Shown: in pieces, positions 1-12,699 of the stretch
Layout: every line of letters begins with the position of its first letter
Numbering within the stretch: the stretch's first letter is position 1
DNA from: Hemiscyllium ocellatum
Lineage: Eukaryota
Assembly: GCF_020745735.1 (NCBI RefSeq)
Contig: NC_083408.1
Location: 89,868,484-89,932,483 of the forward strand
DNA length: 64,000 nucleotides
Direction of reading: 5' to 3'
Notes under the pieces: model-generated
Seen by the model: only the letters and a program-made list of their open reading frames with translations
Databases searched by the model: none
What the model was told of the DNA's origin: nothing
Made by a program: the position numbers and the translations under genes

Positions 1-480
1 AGTAGAAGAGTCGAGAAGTGTGGCAATGGAAAAGCACAGCAGGTCAGGCAGCATCCGAGAATATGTGAGGAGTTTCTGGACCAAAGAAGACAAGATAGTG
101 TCAAGATATGAGGAAATAAGTTTGATGGGACAGTAACAGGTGGAGACGATGGGTTGACTAGGGCAGTTGGGTTTGTGGATTTTGGGTAAGAGAACCAGGC
201 AGTGCAGGGTTCCGGGACTATGAAGTTGGAGGCTGTGGATGTGAGATTCCCTGAGGTGTTGAGATCGTAAGGTGGTCAGGGAGATGGTGATTTGGTGATG
301 GGAGATAAGCTCACGGTCAAAGGGTCAGTAGGAGGAGGTGCCCACGAGTTGGAACCTGACTTCAGCGGTGTAGGGGTTGGTACACCAAATTACCTCTGCA
401 CTCCCCCTTGCCCGCTGGTTTAATGGTGAGGTTGGGATTGGAGTGGAGGGATGCGCTTTGACAGGGTAGAAGACTGGTAG
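1..480 (-). mobile_element. Penelope-like element remnant: fold-back arm (1-60) plus inverted N-terminal RT fragment
   Basis: 1-60 is the GGAAAAGCACAGCAGGTCAGGCAGCATCC arm repeated throughout the window; the minus strand at ~385-450 reads LHSNPNLTIKPAGKG, like the PLE IKPADKG motif. Confidence 0.6.
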
Positions 481-1800
481 AAGACTCAACCCATTTCATC
501 CACTCCACCCAGGAATTCCTCCTCATCAAAGACACCTAGGTAAAGGATGATGGGGTCACGGTTTCCTTTGATAATTCACATCAATAAACATCAGCGTGGT
601 CAAAGAAACACTGGCCTCACTGCTAAAGAAAGGAGGGATATAAACACCTGACAGTGCCAACTGCATCAGCAAGGACACCATCCTCAAACTACTGGACCTG
701 TGCCTCACAAACCACTTCACCATCAACCACAATATATACAAAAACTTTCAACGGGACACCTATGGGATCACCAAAATCAGGTGTTGCAGCAGAAGCAGTT
801 ATGCAGAGGTTAGAACAAACAGCCCTTCTTTGGGTCCACTATGTAGATAACACCTTTATCATCACGATACATGACAAACGCAAACAATATCCTCAACTGT
901 AGAAAATTCACCAAAGGGGAAGAAAAGAATAACAGACTCCTCTTCCTGGATATCATGGTGGACAAAAAGCCAATGGAGAATTGTGGACAAACGTTTACAG
1001 GAAAGCCACACATACTGACCAGATACCCAACTACAGAAACAGCCATCCCAATACTCTCAAACAAAGCTGTATCAAGACATGATTTAAACAAGCCACAATA
1101 CACTGCAGTACCCTGGAACTATGAGAAGCTGAGGAGAAACACCAATACAACGTACAGTATTCAGGAACAATGGTTACCCGATAAGTGCAGTCTGCGAATT
1201 CCTGAACAATGGATCTAAACAGGAAGACACAACATGCCCAGAGACTCTAAATCACCCTACCATACATCAAAGACATTTCAGAGATGACCACCAGACTACT
1301 ACGGCCCCTAGGCAAAAAAACTACTATCCCATTAAAAAAACTACTAAAAAATACTAAAAAACTATTCACAGTCAGCAGTAAAACACCTGCAAAAATTGCA
1401 ACAAACATTACTTTGGACAGATGAGCAGGAAACTAGCCATCAGGATACATGAGCACCAACTAGCAACCAAAAGACATGGCCAACTAGCACTAGTATCCAT
1501 ACATACAGATGAAGAGGGACACCAGTTCAACAGGGACAATGCATCCATCCTGGGACAGGCCAAACAAAGATAAAGCTCGGGAATTCCTAGAGGGCTGGCA
1601 TTCAAACTGGAACTCCATTAACAAACATACAGATTTACCTTTTAAAAAAACAAAACTGGAAACAATACCACCTATCAAGACACAAATAGCAAGTGAGACA
1701 GAACATCAACGCTTCACCAGAGGCTCACGCCTGATGTTATCTAGCATGGTGACAAAATGTCTGAGAACAAACGCACCACTCAGTGAGCAAACTTACAACC
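481..1800 (+). mobile_element. Decayed Penelope-like retroelement (RT + GIY-YIG endonuclease + 3' pseudo-LTR)
   Basis: ORF 654-902 has NGTPMGSP..G..AEAVMQRLE..WVHYVDNTF (PLE RT core). 871-1218 has KFTKGEEKNNRLLFLDIMV. ~1405-1460 reads HYFGQMSRKLAIRIHEH (GIY-YIG YIGQT..RIHEH). A degenerate hammerhead-like tail lies at ~1725-1775. Many frameshifts. Confidence 0.85.
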
Positions 1801-3000
1801 TCACTCCACATGAAATCAAGAAACAAATGGAAACACAAGATATTGCAAAAGCTATGGGTCCTGACGACATTCTGGCAATAGCCCTGAATACTTGCCATGC
1901 CTCCAGCCAAACTGCTCCAATACAGTTACTGCCATCTGTGAAAAAATTCCTGGCATGTCCTGTACACAAAGACATATCTAACCCAGCCAATTACCACTCC
2001 CACAGTCTACTTTCAATCATTAGCAACATGATGTGAGGGGTCATCAGCAGGGTTAACAAACAGCACTTGCTCAGTAATAATCAGCTTATTAACACTCAGT
2101 TTGGGTCTGCCAAATCTAGTTAGCTCATGACCTCAGTGGAGCCTCAGTTTAAACACGATCAGAAGAGCTGAATTATGGAAGTAAGGAGAGCGCGAGTGTC
2201 CTTGACATCAAGGTCGAATTTGACTGATGGCGCAAGGGAATTGAAGCAAAACTGGAGTCACAGGACCTCAGCTCCACCTCACTTCATCTCTGCAAGTGTG
2301 TCATAGGCACAACCATCTTCAGCTGCTTCATCAAAGACCGTTCCTCTGTTTTAAGGTCAGAAGTGGGGATGTTCGCTGATGATTGCAAAATGTCCAGAAC
2401 CATTTTCAACTCCTCAGATACTGAATCAGCTTATGATTTTAATTTAGGAAAATCTGGAGAATATCCAGGTTTAGGCTGACAAGTGTGCTGTACAGCTCCA
2501 TGACTCTAAGTGCCAAAGAACATTTGTGCCCACAAGTGCGAGGCCAATGATCATCTCTAATGAGTGTATCTAACCATCACCCTTGGCATTCAATGGTAGT
2601 ACCATCAGTGAATCCCTGATATCAACATCCTAAAGCTCACCATTTACCAGAAACTGCACTGGACTAACAATATACATACAGTGGCCTCAGAAGTCAAAGG
2701 CTAGGCTTTAGCAAGTCACTAATTTCCTGGACTTTCTGAAGCTTATTTACCATCAGCAGGGCATAAGTCAGGGTTGTGATAGAATATTCCCCACTTGCCT
2801 AGATAAGTGCTGCTCCAACAATACTCAAGAAGCTTAACACCATCCAGGACAAAGCAGCCTGTATGATTGGCACCACATCCATGAACATTCACTCCTTTCA
2901 ACACTCAGTAGCAGTGTGTACCACCTACAAAATGCACTGTGGAAACTCAGCAAGCCTCCTTAGACAGCACCTTTCAAATGCATCACCACTGCCATCTAGA
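1800..3000 (+). mobile_element. Old CR1/L2-group LINE RT fragment, interrupted by the hAT element
   Basis: KAMGPDDI..LNTC and PVHK..SNPANY..SLLSIIS in ORF 1509-2036; FADD-like sequence (ttcgctgatgat) near 2372; 3' tail apparently resumes ~5140-5215. Confidence 0.7.
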
Positions 3001-3001
3001 T

Positions 3002-5110
3002 CAATGATCTCCAACCTTCTTAAGCACTTTTTAAATTTAAATTTAAGTGCAATACAGGAGCAACCCCAAAGGAAATACAAGTTATTTTTAGTGCTGTACA
3101 AATCTAAAACAAAAAATATTCAATTATTCATTTTATCCTCTGCTCACCAAGTCTCAATGCACCACCTCTGAATGTACATTATCTGCCATTGAAGTTTGTG
3201 TTGTAGCTTGAGACTGCTAATCACATGCAGCACATCAAATGGGTTTGTGTGGCAGTTGTGATACTTGATTATCTTAATTTTGGAGAATGCTGCCTCACAG
3301 AGGTTTTTGGAGTCAAAATAAGCTTTTGCTTGAAAAGCACAGGATGACAAAGGTGGGTATTTTTCTCTGAGTCCACAAAAATTACTGGTCCTTGATTTGA
3401 CTTTCAATTCAAGATCATTTTGTATAGTAATGACCTCCATATCAACTCCACTGCCTTATAAATCAAACTCCTGGTGGAATCTGGTTGCCAATTCACTAGT
3501 GTCTACTTGAAGGGATAGACTTGCAGACAAACATGATGATTTGCTCTATCACACCTAATTCCTGAAATTGTCTGCTAACTTCCTCAGGTCTGCATAGATG
3601 TTGTTTGGATGGAAGCATTTTTATTTTATCTTTAGTATCTTCTCCAGACCCTAGAAGTGTTGCAGTGTTTTGTTTCACTTTGAACATTCACAATGCTGAT
3701 CATATGTGTACGTCCCTACCCCTCCCCTGCATGTGATAGCTCAGCTCATTCAGTTTTGACATTATATCAATGCTGAAGTCAAGCAACCATGCATTGTTTG
3801 ATAGCTACTACATACTTCATTCCTTGCTTTAAGCAAGTATAGATAATTTTAGGCATCAGATCTAAAAAAAACGTCTTTGCAGGACTTCTCTTGACTAAAT
3901 TACCCAACAGCATGGAGGCTTAGTTCACTGTAAACAGCATCAAGTTCACTGAGTAAGGATTTAAGCAAATGGTGCTGAAGGATTCTTGCTTGAATCAAGT
4001 TTACAAACTTAACAACTGCCATTACATTGGAAATGTCCATAACGTTACTTGCCTTTGCTTGCTGGTGGATTATACAGCAGTTATTGACAAAGAGGAAATC
4101 ATGATCATTTCTGCAAAATGCAACAAAACTTGCATTTGTATCAAGCATGGCTGGTGCATCATCAGTTGGGCCGTAAATCAATTTTTTGATTGTAATTTTT
4201 TCTCAAGAATGTAACCTTTGAATTGGTGGGAGACGTCCACATCCTTTGCTCTCTCTTTCAAGCGCAAAAGGGCAAGCAGATTTATTTAGTTATGATGTCC
4301 TTAAAAATCACATCCACCAAAACAAATCAGCTGGGCTGTGTTGGTCACATTGATGGATTCAAACTGCAGTAAGATGCGTTCATATTCCTTTAGTTCTTTC
4401 TCTTGTTGCTGAAAGACATCTTTGGACAAAGATTCGACTTGTTATGCTACTGTGGAAGCACCAAGTGCAATGCTCCAGATTGTCACTATTATTTGATTTT
4501 AAAAGTCTTTGAATAAAGAGTCAGTGGTCACAGTCATTGCTTGTTTGCTAACTCACCATTCGTGAATGATTTCTTGTGTTTGCCAGAAGATGGCAAAGGT
4601 GAAATACAACAGTGCTTCTTTGCAGGCTTTACTTTTTGCTGCTTTAGAATAAAATTATGGTTGAACTTTAAAAGCAGACTTCAACTTTCTTTGTCAAAAG
4701 CAGCCCATTCAAGGGAATTATCATGGAATTTACTGTGCATTATTGTCTGGCATTGATCCAAATTTTCCTTATTATTTAACAATATACTCCAGTAACATAT
4801 AGAGCAAATGCTCTCATATTTTACAGTTGTTAACAAATTCCTTTAACCATTCTGCATGAAAATTGCATGTTTTTTTGTTTCTTTCTGGAAAAGAATCTGA
4901 GTTGGTTTGGCAATGTTGATGGATTCTTCAAACTGCCCTAACAAGCATTCATGGTCCTTCAGGCTCGGTAGAGGTTATTCATTCATCATTATTGCTTCAT
5001 CATGTAGTTTGTGTACTCACTTGTGGCTGGTTATGTTGCAGGTCAGCATCTGGAGCATCCGGAACTTTTTTGGGTACTTTCGAGTGTGGAAACATGGAAG
5101 GTCACTTCTG
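3002..5110 (-). mobile_element. Decayed hAT (Buster/GTF2IRD2-like) DNA transposon
   Basis: 3900-4181 has TDDAPAML..CCIIHQQ..VMAVVKFVNLIQAR (TDGAPAM/HCxxH motifs). 3144-3440 has EKYP..CEAAFSKIKIIK (hAT dimerisation region). CAATGATCTCCAACCTT at 3002 resembles a Buster TIR. The right end is approximate. Confidence 0.8.
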
Positions 5111-5289
5111 TAGTTGAGATTAGTTTCCAGGCTACCTGATCAGGGCAACTATGGATGGGCAGTAAATTTTAGTACATTCAGTGATGCCCATGTCCCATGA
5201 GTGATTTTTAAAAGTGCTACATTCATATACAGGAGAGAAAAAGTGAACTTTGTAGTCCCCTACATTGACTCTGGAGCACATGACGTCTC

Positions 5290-6660
5290 ATGATATCAGG
5301 TTAAACTTCCTGCTGATTACCAGTGCCTCTTAACGCCCTTCATTAACTCATGTATCAGTACACTCCTGTGTTGAACAGCACTTGGAAGAAACACAGTGAC
5401 CAAAACATAGTCTTTGTGGGGAACTTCAATGTCCATCGCCAATAGTGGCTCAATATCACATGTCAAATATCTGCCAGACTGGGCCTGAATCTTAAATCTT
5501 AAGAGCAAGCTTACTTCATCTCATCCTCAACAATCCCCCGTCACAGATATATCAGTTTATGAAATTTTCACCTGGAGGACATCTTTAATCATATAGAATA
5601 TAGAACGTCACAGCTGAACAGGAAAACTTCAGAACAAGTCTAGCAGCTCAAAACTGTTAATTCATAAACTGCTGTGGACCACTGATGACAGCAGAATTGC
5701 ATTCAATCAAATGGCCCAGGATATCTCACAAACGACCTTGATTCAATGGGGCATTCAGGTAACCATTGCAGAAACAGCATTAGGTATTGTATACTAAAAA
5801 TAAAGTGTCAAGTCTGTTAAAGCTATAGCACAAGAGTGTATGAAAAATAAATTGGGAAAACAGCATGTTATTAATAGAATTAAGCTATACAGGCTTGCCA
5901 CATCCATTTGAGAGTAATGATGGATAATTAAACAACTAAACAGGAGGTGGAGACTTCACAAATATTCCCACCCTCAATGATGGGGTGGCCCAGTACATTG
6001 GTACAAAAGGCAAAGCTGAAGGATTTGCAATCATCTTCAACCGGAAGTGTTGGCCATCTTGGCCAACTGCTGACATCTACAGAATCACAAATGTCATTCT
6101 ACAGATAATTTGATTCGCTCCACATGATATCAAGAATTGGCTGAATACACTGAATACAGTCAGCATATAGGTGCTGGCAATATCCTAGCGGTAATACTGA
6201 AGTCAAGAAACAAGGTTGGGTTGGGGGGTGGCAACTGTACTTGATGTCAGAACTGGCATCTGACAGAGTGTGGCATCAAAAAGTAGAAGCAAAACTGAAG
6301 TCAATGGGAATCAGGAGATAAATGTTCCACTGATTAGAGACTCACCAAGCATAAAGCAAGATGGCGGCAGTTGAAGGAGGTCGATCATCTTGGTCCCACC
6401 CTATTGCTGCAAGTGATCCTCAGGGTAGTGCCCTAGGCTCAACCATCTAGTGTGCCACTGACCTTTCCTCCTTAAGGAGAAAAGTGAGGACATCACTAAT
6501 GACTACACAGCGTCCTTATGACTCCTTAGATGCTGAAGCAGTTCAGGCTGCATGCGAAAAGACCTTGATGAAATTCAAACACGGCCTAAGTGGTAAGTAA
6601 TATTGACAGCAGGCAGGTATCAGGCAATGAGAACCTCCAACAAGAGAGAATCTAAACAAG
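5290..6660 (+). mobile_element. Highly decayed, internally deleted CR1/L2-group LINE (same family as 1800-3000)
   Basis: GNFNVH-like endonuclease motif ~5420; segments 6100-6660 align by eye with 1800-2570. Confidence 0.55.
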
Positions 6661-7829
6661 ACTTAGTTCTCTCATAAATTTCTTGGTGCCTTTCCTGAAC
6701 TTAATCACACATACCAAGGTGCAGTTGCACAAATCCCGGCAGGCTCTGGTAAGTTGTCAAATGGCTATTCTTCCTGTTCAAGACTAAAATGTTATAGTTG
6801 ATCACTATTCATTAAGGTCAACATTACTACACAGCTAAGCATGATCCTCCACTGGCTGGATCTTTCTTCGAGACAAAGCGCAATTGTAGCCTGCCTATGT
6901 AAAAAGTTAGATACATGCATGATATGTGCTTATGTTAAATGAGGCCATATTATTTTGTCATCACTTGGTATCACACCATAGATTTCTATTTCTGGAGTTT
7001 AGAAGACGGAGTGATTTGATAGACGTTCAATACTTCTGAATTGTCTTGACAAGGTGGATGTGAGAAGAATGCTTACCCTTGTGAGAATGCAGAACAAGAG
7101 GACACTTTTGAAATTATTGGTTGCCTTTTCAGAATAGAGATGAGAATTGTTCTTTTCTCGGAGCGTTGTGTGACTTTTCAACTCGGCTTCACAGGGTAGA
7201 ATCATTGAATATTTGTAAGGCAGAGGTAGATCGATTCATGCTGGGCAAGGGAACAGAAAGGCTTTCAGGGGCAAATGATTGTGTGGAATTCAGAGGATAA
7301 ACAGATCAACCAAAATCTACTGAACAATTAAAGGGTTGAATGGCCTACTTCTGATAAGCTGTATTTAACAAAGACATAAGTATGTATTTGAATCTAAGGA
7401 GGATGCTCAGTACTTTAGCATGTCGAGCTAAAGATGGAGCAGTTATTTTAGTTATTTGCATTGAAATTTAAGTGTATGACAGCCTTAGGAATAAGCTATC
7501 AGAGTTCTAGTTTAATAAATAACTTCCCAACTGACAACTTACCAAGCTGTTAGATACCGAAATGAATATTACACGTGATGTTTGGGTACTGTAACAGGAG
7601 TGATATGTTGAGAACTGTACCAGGAGTGTTCTGGGCATGAAATAAAGGCAACTTTGTTTTTTTTTAAACTTAAAGGAGTTTTGGGCATTAATGGGGTTCT
7701 AATGTGTTTTAAAACCTTTGAATTTGTACTATAAATCGATAGTTTGGATTTCTACTTTATCGTTATTTCTTTTGCAATAAACTTCAATTTGGTCACAGAA
7801 GCAAAATCTTCAGCCTTATTTGCTCATGT

Positions 7830-8170
7830 CTCAGTGAGAGACCACTTTTCTAAAGCCAAAACAAATAAAATTATGATCTATCAAGCCAGGTTCCTGTCTG
7901 GCATCTGACTTGTCCAGTAATCATAATGGTTCATTACATAAAATTAAGCTAGCACAAAGCTATCATTACCTGTCATTTAAAACCCATTTGGTTCACTCAC
8001 ATCCTTTATGGTAGGAAATCCATCCTCCTTACCCAGTCTGGCCTACATGGGGCTCTAGACCTAAACGACGTGGTTGACTTTTAATTGTTCTCTGACATGG
8101 CTGACCAAACCACTCCATTTAAGGACAATTAAGAATGAGCAACAAATGCTGATCACATGAAATAATAAAA
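7830..8170 (+). mobile_element. Old SINE/LINE-tail remnant
   Basis: aaaacccatttggttcact...gtggttgact...aacaaatgctg matches 45050-45170 and the 5140-5215 tail. Confidence 0.45.
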
Positions 8171-8829
8171 GAGAAAAGGAGAATCTGGACAAAGTAATTA
8201 AGGAAAAATTTCTCCTCAGTTGAAGTTTTGAAAATAAGGCAGCACAGATCTAAGATAACTGGCAAAAAGCATGAGAAGCTTTTTCCTGTAGGTGGGGATC
8301 CGGAATGCGTTGCTCAAGATTTTACTGGAGGCACATTCAATTGATCTATTCAAGAATAAAATGAGTTATTGTCTGAAAAGAAGGAATATATTTAGGTTAC
8401 AGGGAGAAAGTGGGTGGTGGCAATATGGGCAGAATAGATGATTCTGTGAAATTTAACCAACTTGTTCTCGAACATTATCACCCTTTAATTGCATTCCAAC
8501 TTTGAACAAATTGCTGCATAAAACATTCGCTTTAATTTTCCTTTTTTTTTCAAATAATCTTTTGTTTTTGATTATTTTGTGACCTCAGTTAGCTTTGAAA
8601 GGAAAAGCTTGTACATCCAATGAAATGTCTATTCTCCCACTCCAAATGAAATAGTCAAAAATAGATTAGCAATAAATTTTAAAAGCCTCTTTTCTCTAAT
8701 CTGTGTTCTGAACAGTAACATGAAGTACAAGAAATTTAGTTCAATTGTTTCTATAACAATGTTCAAACTCATACCAAATATATACACATCAAAGAAAAAT
8801 CCAAATGAAATTTTGGACAATTCTTAGCA

Positions 8830-9880
8830 GATTAGACAGCTACACCAGTATCACCTCATGAATGGCAGCAGACAAAGTAGAAAATATAGGTCAGTTAGCC
8901 TACCATGTCACTGGGTAAATGTTTGAATCTATGATTAAGGAGGTAGTAATTGGACATTTGGAAAATCATAATACAATTAGAAAACCATAATATTATCAAA
9001 ATGTTTGTGTAGAAAGTAAACAATTTAAAACGTATTTACTGTGTTATACAGTTCTCTGAGCATGTTACAAGCAAAGTGGATAAAGAGTGGACGATTAGTC
9101 AGCTAAGCTTACATTCCTGAACGGACAAAAGTAGTATCTTTGAATATTCTAAACATAGTTCAGTAAGGTGAAACATAAGTATTGCATAAGTTAAAAGCAC
9201 ATGGTGCTTGAGGTTATATTAGTTTGAATGGAGAATTGGCTGTCTAACACAAATGAGAGAATCAGAATAAGTGGGTAATTTTCAACTTAGCAGACTGCAA
9301 CCAGTGAAGTCCCACAGGGATCAATGCTCGACCTCATCTATTTATTTTATATGTAACAATGATCTGAATGAAAGTAGTAAGCGTATTGTAACAAATTTCA
9401 TTACAATACAAAAATAAGAAAGAAAGCACTTTGTGAAGTGGATATGATCTGATATTGGGTGGGGGAGCTGTCACAGAAGAGAAACAATGGATTTCCCCAC
9501 TTAAAACAGATGAGGAATTTCTTCTCGAGCAGTGTCATTAATATTTGGAGTTCTGTTTCACTTATGATTTGGAGGTGTCGGTATTGGACTAGGCTATACA
9601 AAGTTAAAAATCTCCAGCTTACAGTCCAACATGTTTATTTGGAAGCACTAGCTTTCGGAATGCTGCAACCATCTGATGAAGGAACAGCGCTCTGAAAACT
9701 AGTACTTCCAAATAAACCTGTTGGACTAGAATGTGGTGTTGTGCGATTTTTAAACTGTTCCACTTAGAACAGTTGAGACTAGGTCATTGAATATATTCCA
9801 GGCTGAGTTGGGCAGATATGATCAACAACAGATTTAGTGGCTTCTTGGGAATGGGGTGGCATACAGCCTACTCCTACTCC
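8830..9880 (+). mobile_element. Old CR1 LINE fragments
   Basis: Degenerate YR.VSL and VPQGSML motifs plus CR1 3' region (atgaggaatttcttctc); split by the fold-back element at 9566-9755. Confidence 0.55.
9566..9755. mobile_element. PLE-derived fold-back element, family B
   Basis: Inverted arms aagttaaaaatc..agtccaac / gttggacta..gatttttaa; CTGATGA at 9673; flanked by ctgtttcactta / ctgttccactta (TSD). Confidence 0.7.
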
Positions 9881-10764
9881 TTATGCTGTTATACAGAATG
9901 AGAGAAAATGGGACTCGCCAACAAGTACAACCATCAGTAAATAAATATACATGATGTTGTACAGTTCACACATACGTAGGCAGCTCATCAGTTATATTGC
10001 TGTGCACAAGAGTCAGAATTATATAGGCCTTACATTGCCAGGTATAAATCGTTTAATTTTAATGAGTTATTTACAGTATATATGAACTAAAAAAATACAA
10101 ATAGCTGCATAATCAATGAAATTTACCACAATTTTAAGTTAGTAACATCCTGTGACATTTTACATTAAGTTAAGGTGAGTGCTGCCTTCAAAGGATATAA
10201 AGTTAAATGAAGAAAGATAATTGGATCAGGAAGCAGTTGAAATTTAGTCCTCATTTTAACTACATTATCTTTATTTTCATATTTTGATACTTCCAATATC
10301 CACAACTATGTGGGAAATGTGTGCAAGCTGTCAGATTGTCATCACAACCGACATTTAACTATACTGAGTATGTTCTCCCTATTCAATTTCCTATCAAAAA
10401 GAGATGAACCTCTACACATTAGTCACTGAGCAATGATCATCCATATTGAAGTAAAATTGTAAAAACAGTAACTTTACCAAATATTATCAGGCAGTTGACA
10501 AATTGTGCTCTTGTATAATGCAAGAACAAGTTTTGCTCAACACTCAAATGATGTTCTATCATCTTTGAACCTCACACAGTAATTAAAGGTGTTTTACACA
10601 AACCTTTTCTATAAATGCTTTATGGGAATAATCAGAAATACTGTGATCAGAAACAGGACGTTAAAGACTGGTACAAACAATATATTTAAGACTATAATAA
10701 GCTGAAAAGGGTGTTGAGAATAGGGAAGGGGAAGGCATCGGTGTCAAGGTTTGTGCTGGGTGGG

Positions 10765-11204
10765 TGAAGACACCCCAGTCAAGGTGGAGGTGGAGGGGGG
10801 GTGGTGGTGGTGGTGAAAGCACTTCAGTCAGAGTGGGTGGGGATGGGTAAAGGCACTCCAGTCAGGGTGGGTGGCAGTAGGTGAAGGTACTTAATTCAGG
10901 GTGGGTGGATACCTCAGTCAGGATGGACGTGGGGGACAGGGTAGAAGGCATCTCAGTCAGGGTGGGTGGGGTAGGTGTAAAGGCACCTCAGTCAGGGTGG
11001 GTGGGGTGTAAAGGCACCTCAGTCAGGGGTGGGATAGGTGTGAAGGCACCTCAGTCGGGGGGGGCGGTGTGTGTGAAGGCACCTCAGTCAGGGCGGGTGG
11101 GGTGGGGTGGGGTGGGGTGTGAAGGCACCTCGGTCAGGGCGGGTGGGGTGGGGTGGGGTGGGGTGGGGTGTGAAGGCACCTCAGTCAGGGCGGGTGGGGT
11201 GTGA
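10765..11204 (+). repeat. G-rich minisatellite in ATXN3 intron 1 (~30-45 bp unit, roughly a dozen copies)
   Basis: Repeated GTG(T/A)AAGGCACCTCAGTCAGGG followed by a variable number of GGGGT units; copies are more homogeneous toward exon 1. Confidence 0.9.
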
Positions 11205-11329
11205 GAGAGAAGAACACCTCCTCCCCTGTCTACACTGTTTCGGAAGCTCACAGCTCCCCTGCCCTACCCGAATCCATCCCCAGCCTTAGGGAGGGGGGAA
11301 TGTGTGTATTTTGTTTTCTCCTTTGCAGC

Positions 11330-11860
11330 ACGACGTCGAACGCCACTGCAGCCGCTCCTCTCAGGGCCCGAACAGCCGCCACCTCGGCCATTTTAAACAG
11401 TAATTTCCGCATCAACTCACTTTCTCGTGAAATATCGCCTCCATGATGGACGATGGACCATCATCCTGTGCGGCGGACCGGCCCTCCCCCCACGAGGGCG
11501 GGGTCAAAGCCAAGAACCAATCAAAGGCCGGGACACACGCACGCGCACAGATAGGCACAGCCGTCCCTGCGACGTAAACAGTGAGCGGCGGTGGGCCATA
11601 GACCGGCCTGGTCTTTGAGCCCTGCACTGACCGGACTCACTTTTCCACGGAAATCGATCAAACGATTGGGATTTTTAAAGAAATCAATATAGACCCGGGA
11701 TTTCCCGAATCCCACTTGACGCAATTCTGCTGCCGGCGGAAATGTACAATTTGTTCCGCTCTGTGGTGCAGGGCCAGACAGGAATGTTGTCGGAAGACGC
11801 CGTGTGTGTGTAAAATGTGTGTAGCCAGTGTGAGGTTGTACTCGAGCTTGACGTGATCAG
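11330..11860 (-). promoter_or_regulatory. CpG-island promoter of ATXN3
   Basis: High CpG density against a CpG-poor background; GC box GGGCGGGG ~11496; CCAAT box (AACCAATCA) ~11515-11523; YY1-like GCCATTTT ~11387. Confidence 0.8.
11421..11444 (-). CDS. ATXN3: Ataxin-3, first coding exon (MEAIFHEK); downstream exons not found in 1-11420 and presumably lie left of the window
   Basis: ATG GAG GCG ATA TTT CAC GAG AAA|GTGAGT; matches the ataxin-3 N-terminus MESIFHEK with its phase-0 intron; sits in a CpG island; syntenic with NDUFB1/CPSF2. Confidence 0.9.
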
Positions 11861-12195
11861 TCTCAAGGCCAAAAGACAATGAATTGCAAATGCTGGAAAT
11901 TAGACCCCCCCCCCACACACACACACACACAAACTGCTGGAGATTCTCAGCAGGTCAGGCAGCATGGTGAGACATGAGAGATTAGAAATGTCACCTAATT
12001 GGCAATTCTATTAATTTGGACGACACGGTCAAGTTGGGCTGAAGGGTCTGTTTCTGTACTGTATACCTTTCATCTGTCTGATCAACTTCAGGAATAAGGT
12101 TGCCAACGTGCATTGACAAGAGTTGCAGAGGAAGCAGTTGGGCCCTTCTATCTCTATGAAATTTCACAGTGCAACTCTGGTGGCATTGGGAGATA

Positions 12196-12300
12196 TAGGC
12201 GAAAGTGAGGACTGCAGATGCTGGAGATCAGAATCAAGATTAGAGTGGTGCTGGAAAAGCACAGCAGGTCAGGTAGCATGTGAGGAGCAGGATGGAAGGT
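12196..12300 (-). mobile_element. PLE-derived family A arm (partial)
   Basis: gaaagtgaggactgcagatgctggagatcaga..gtggtgctggaaaagcacagcaggtcagg, the reverse complement of the family A tail. Confidence 0.7.
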
Positions 12301-12429
12301 CTCTAATCATGGTTTCCAGTGACCTGGGGCTTCTAGGGTTTTTTGTTGTCACCAGAGTAACCCACAGCTATACAATTACAAGGGCTGAATTGAAGGACAG
12401 TGGTTGGATTTGCACGTACCTGATTTTGC

Positions 12430-12590
12430 CGTTTGTAGACAGCTGTAGTTGTGGGTATGTTCGCCGAGGTGGGAAGTTGATTTTGCACGTTTCGACTCCT
12501 TTCTAGGTGACATCCTCATTACTTTGGAGCCTCCAGTGAAGCGCTGCAGTACTGTATCTTCTGGGATTTATTTGGTTTCATTCCTGCTGT
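12430..12590 (-). mobile_element. PLE pseudo-LTR remnant (family C) with degenerate hammerhead
   Basis: cgtttcgactcctttctaggtgacatcctca..ggagcctccagtgaagcgct is homologous to 37250-37340. Confidence 0.65.
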
Positions 12591-12699
12591 GTCTGGTACC
12601 TGAGCTGCAAATCTTTCAACAAACCTTGTAGACAGTATAATTTTCCAGTGCTCTTGCCTCGCCTTTAGATGCCAATGGTAGATGAGATTATGTTGCAAT

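Noticed and set aside
6700-6900. Possible ATXN3 exon 2 in non-repetitive sequence
   Set aside because: No QEGSLCAQHCLNNLLQG-like frame was found here or elsewhere in 1-11420 on the minus strand
10765-11204. Repeat-spacer pattern superficially like a CRISPR array
   Set aside because: Spacers are low-complexity G tracts rather than unique sequences; the DNA is eukaryotic and there are no cas genes
10881-11289. Gly/Val-rich ORFs (107 aa and 60 aa)
   Set aside because: They are translations of the G-rich minisatellite, with no splice context or recognisable domain
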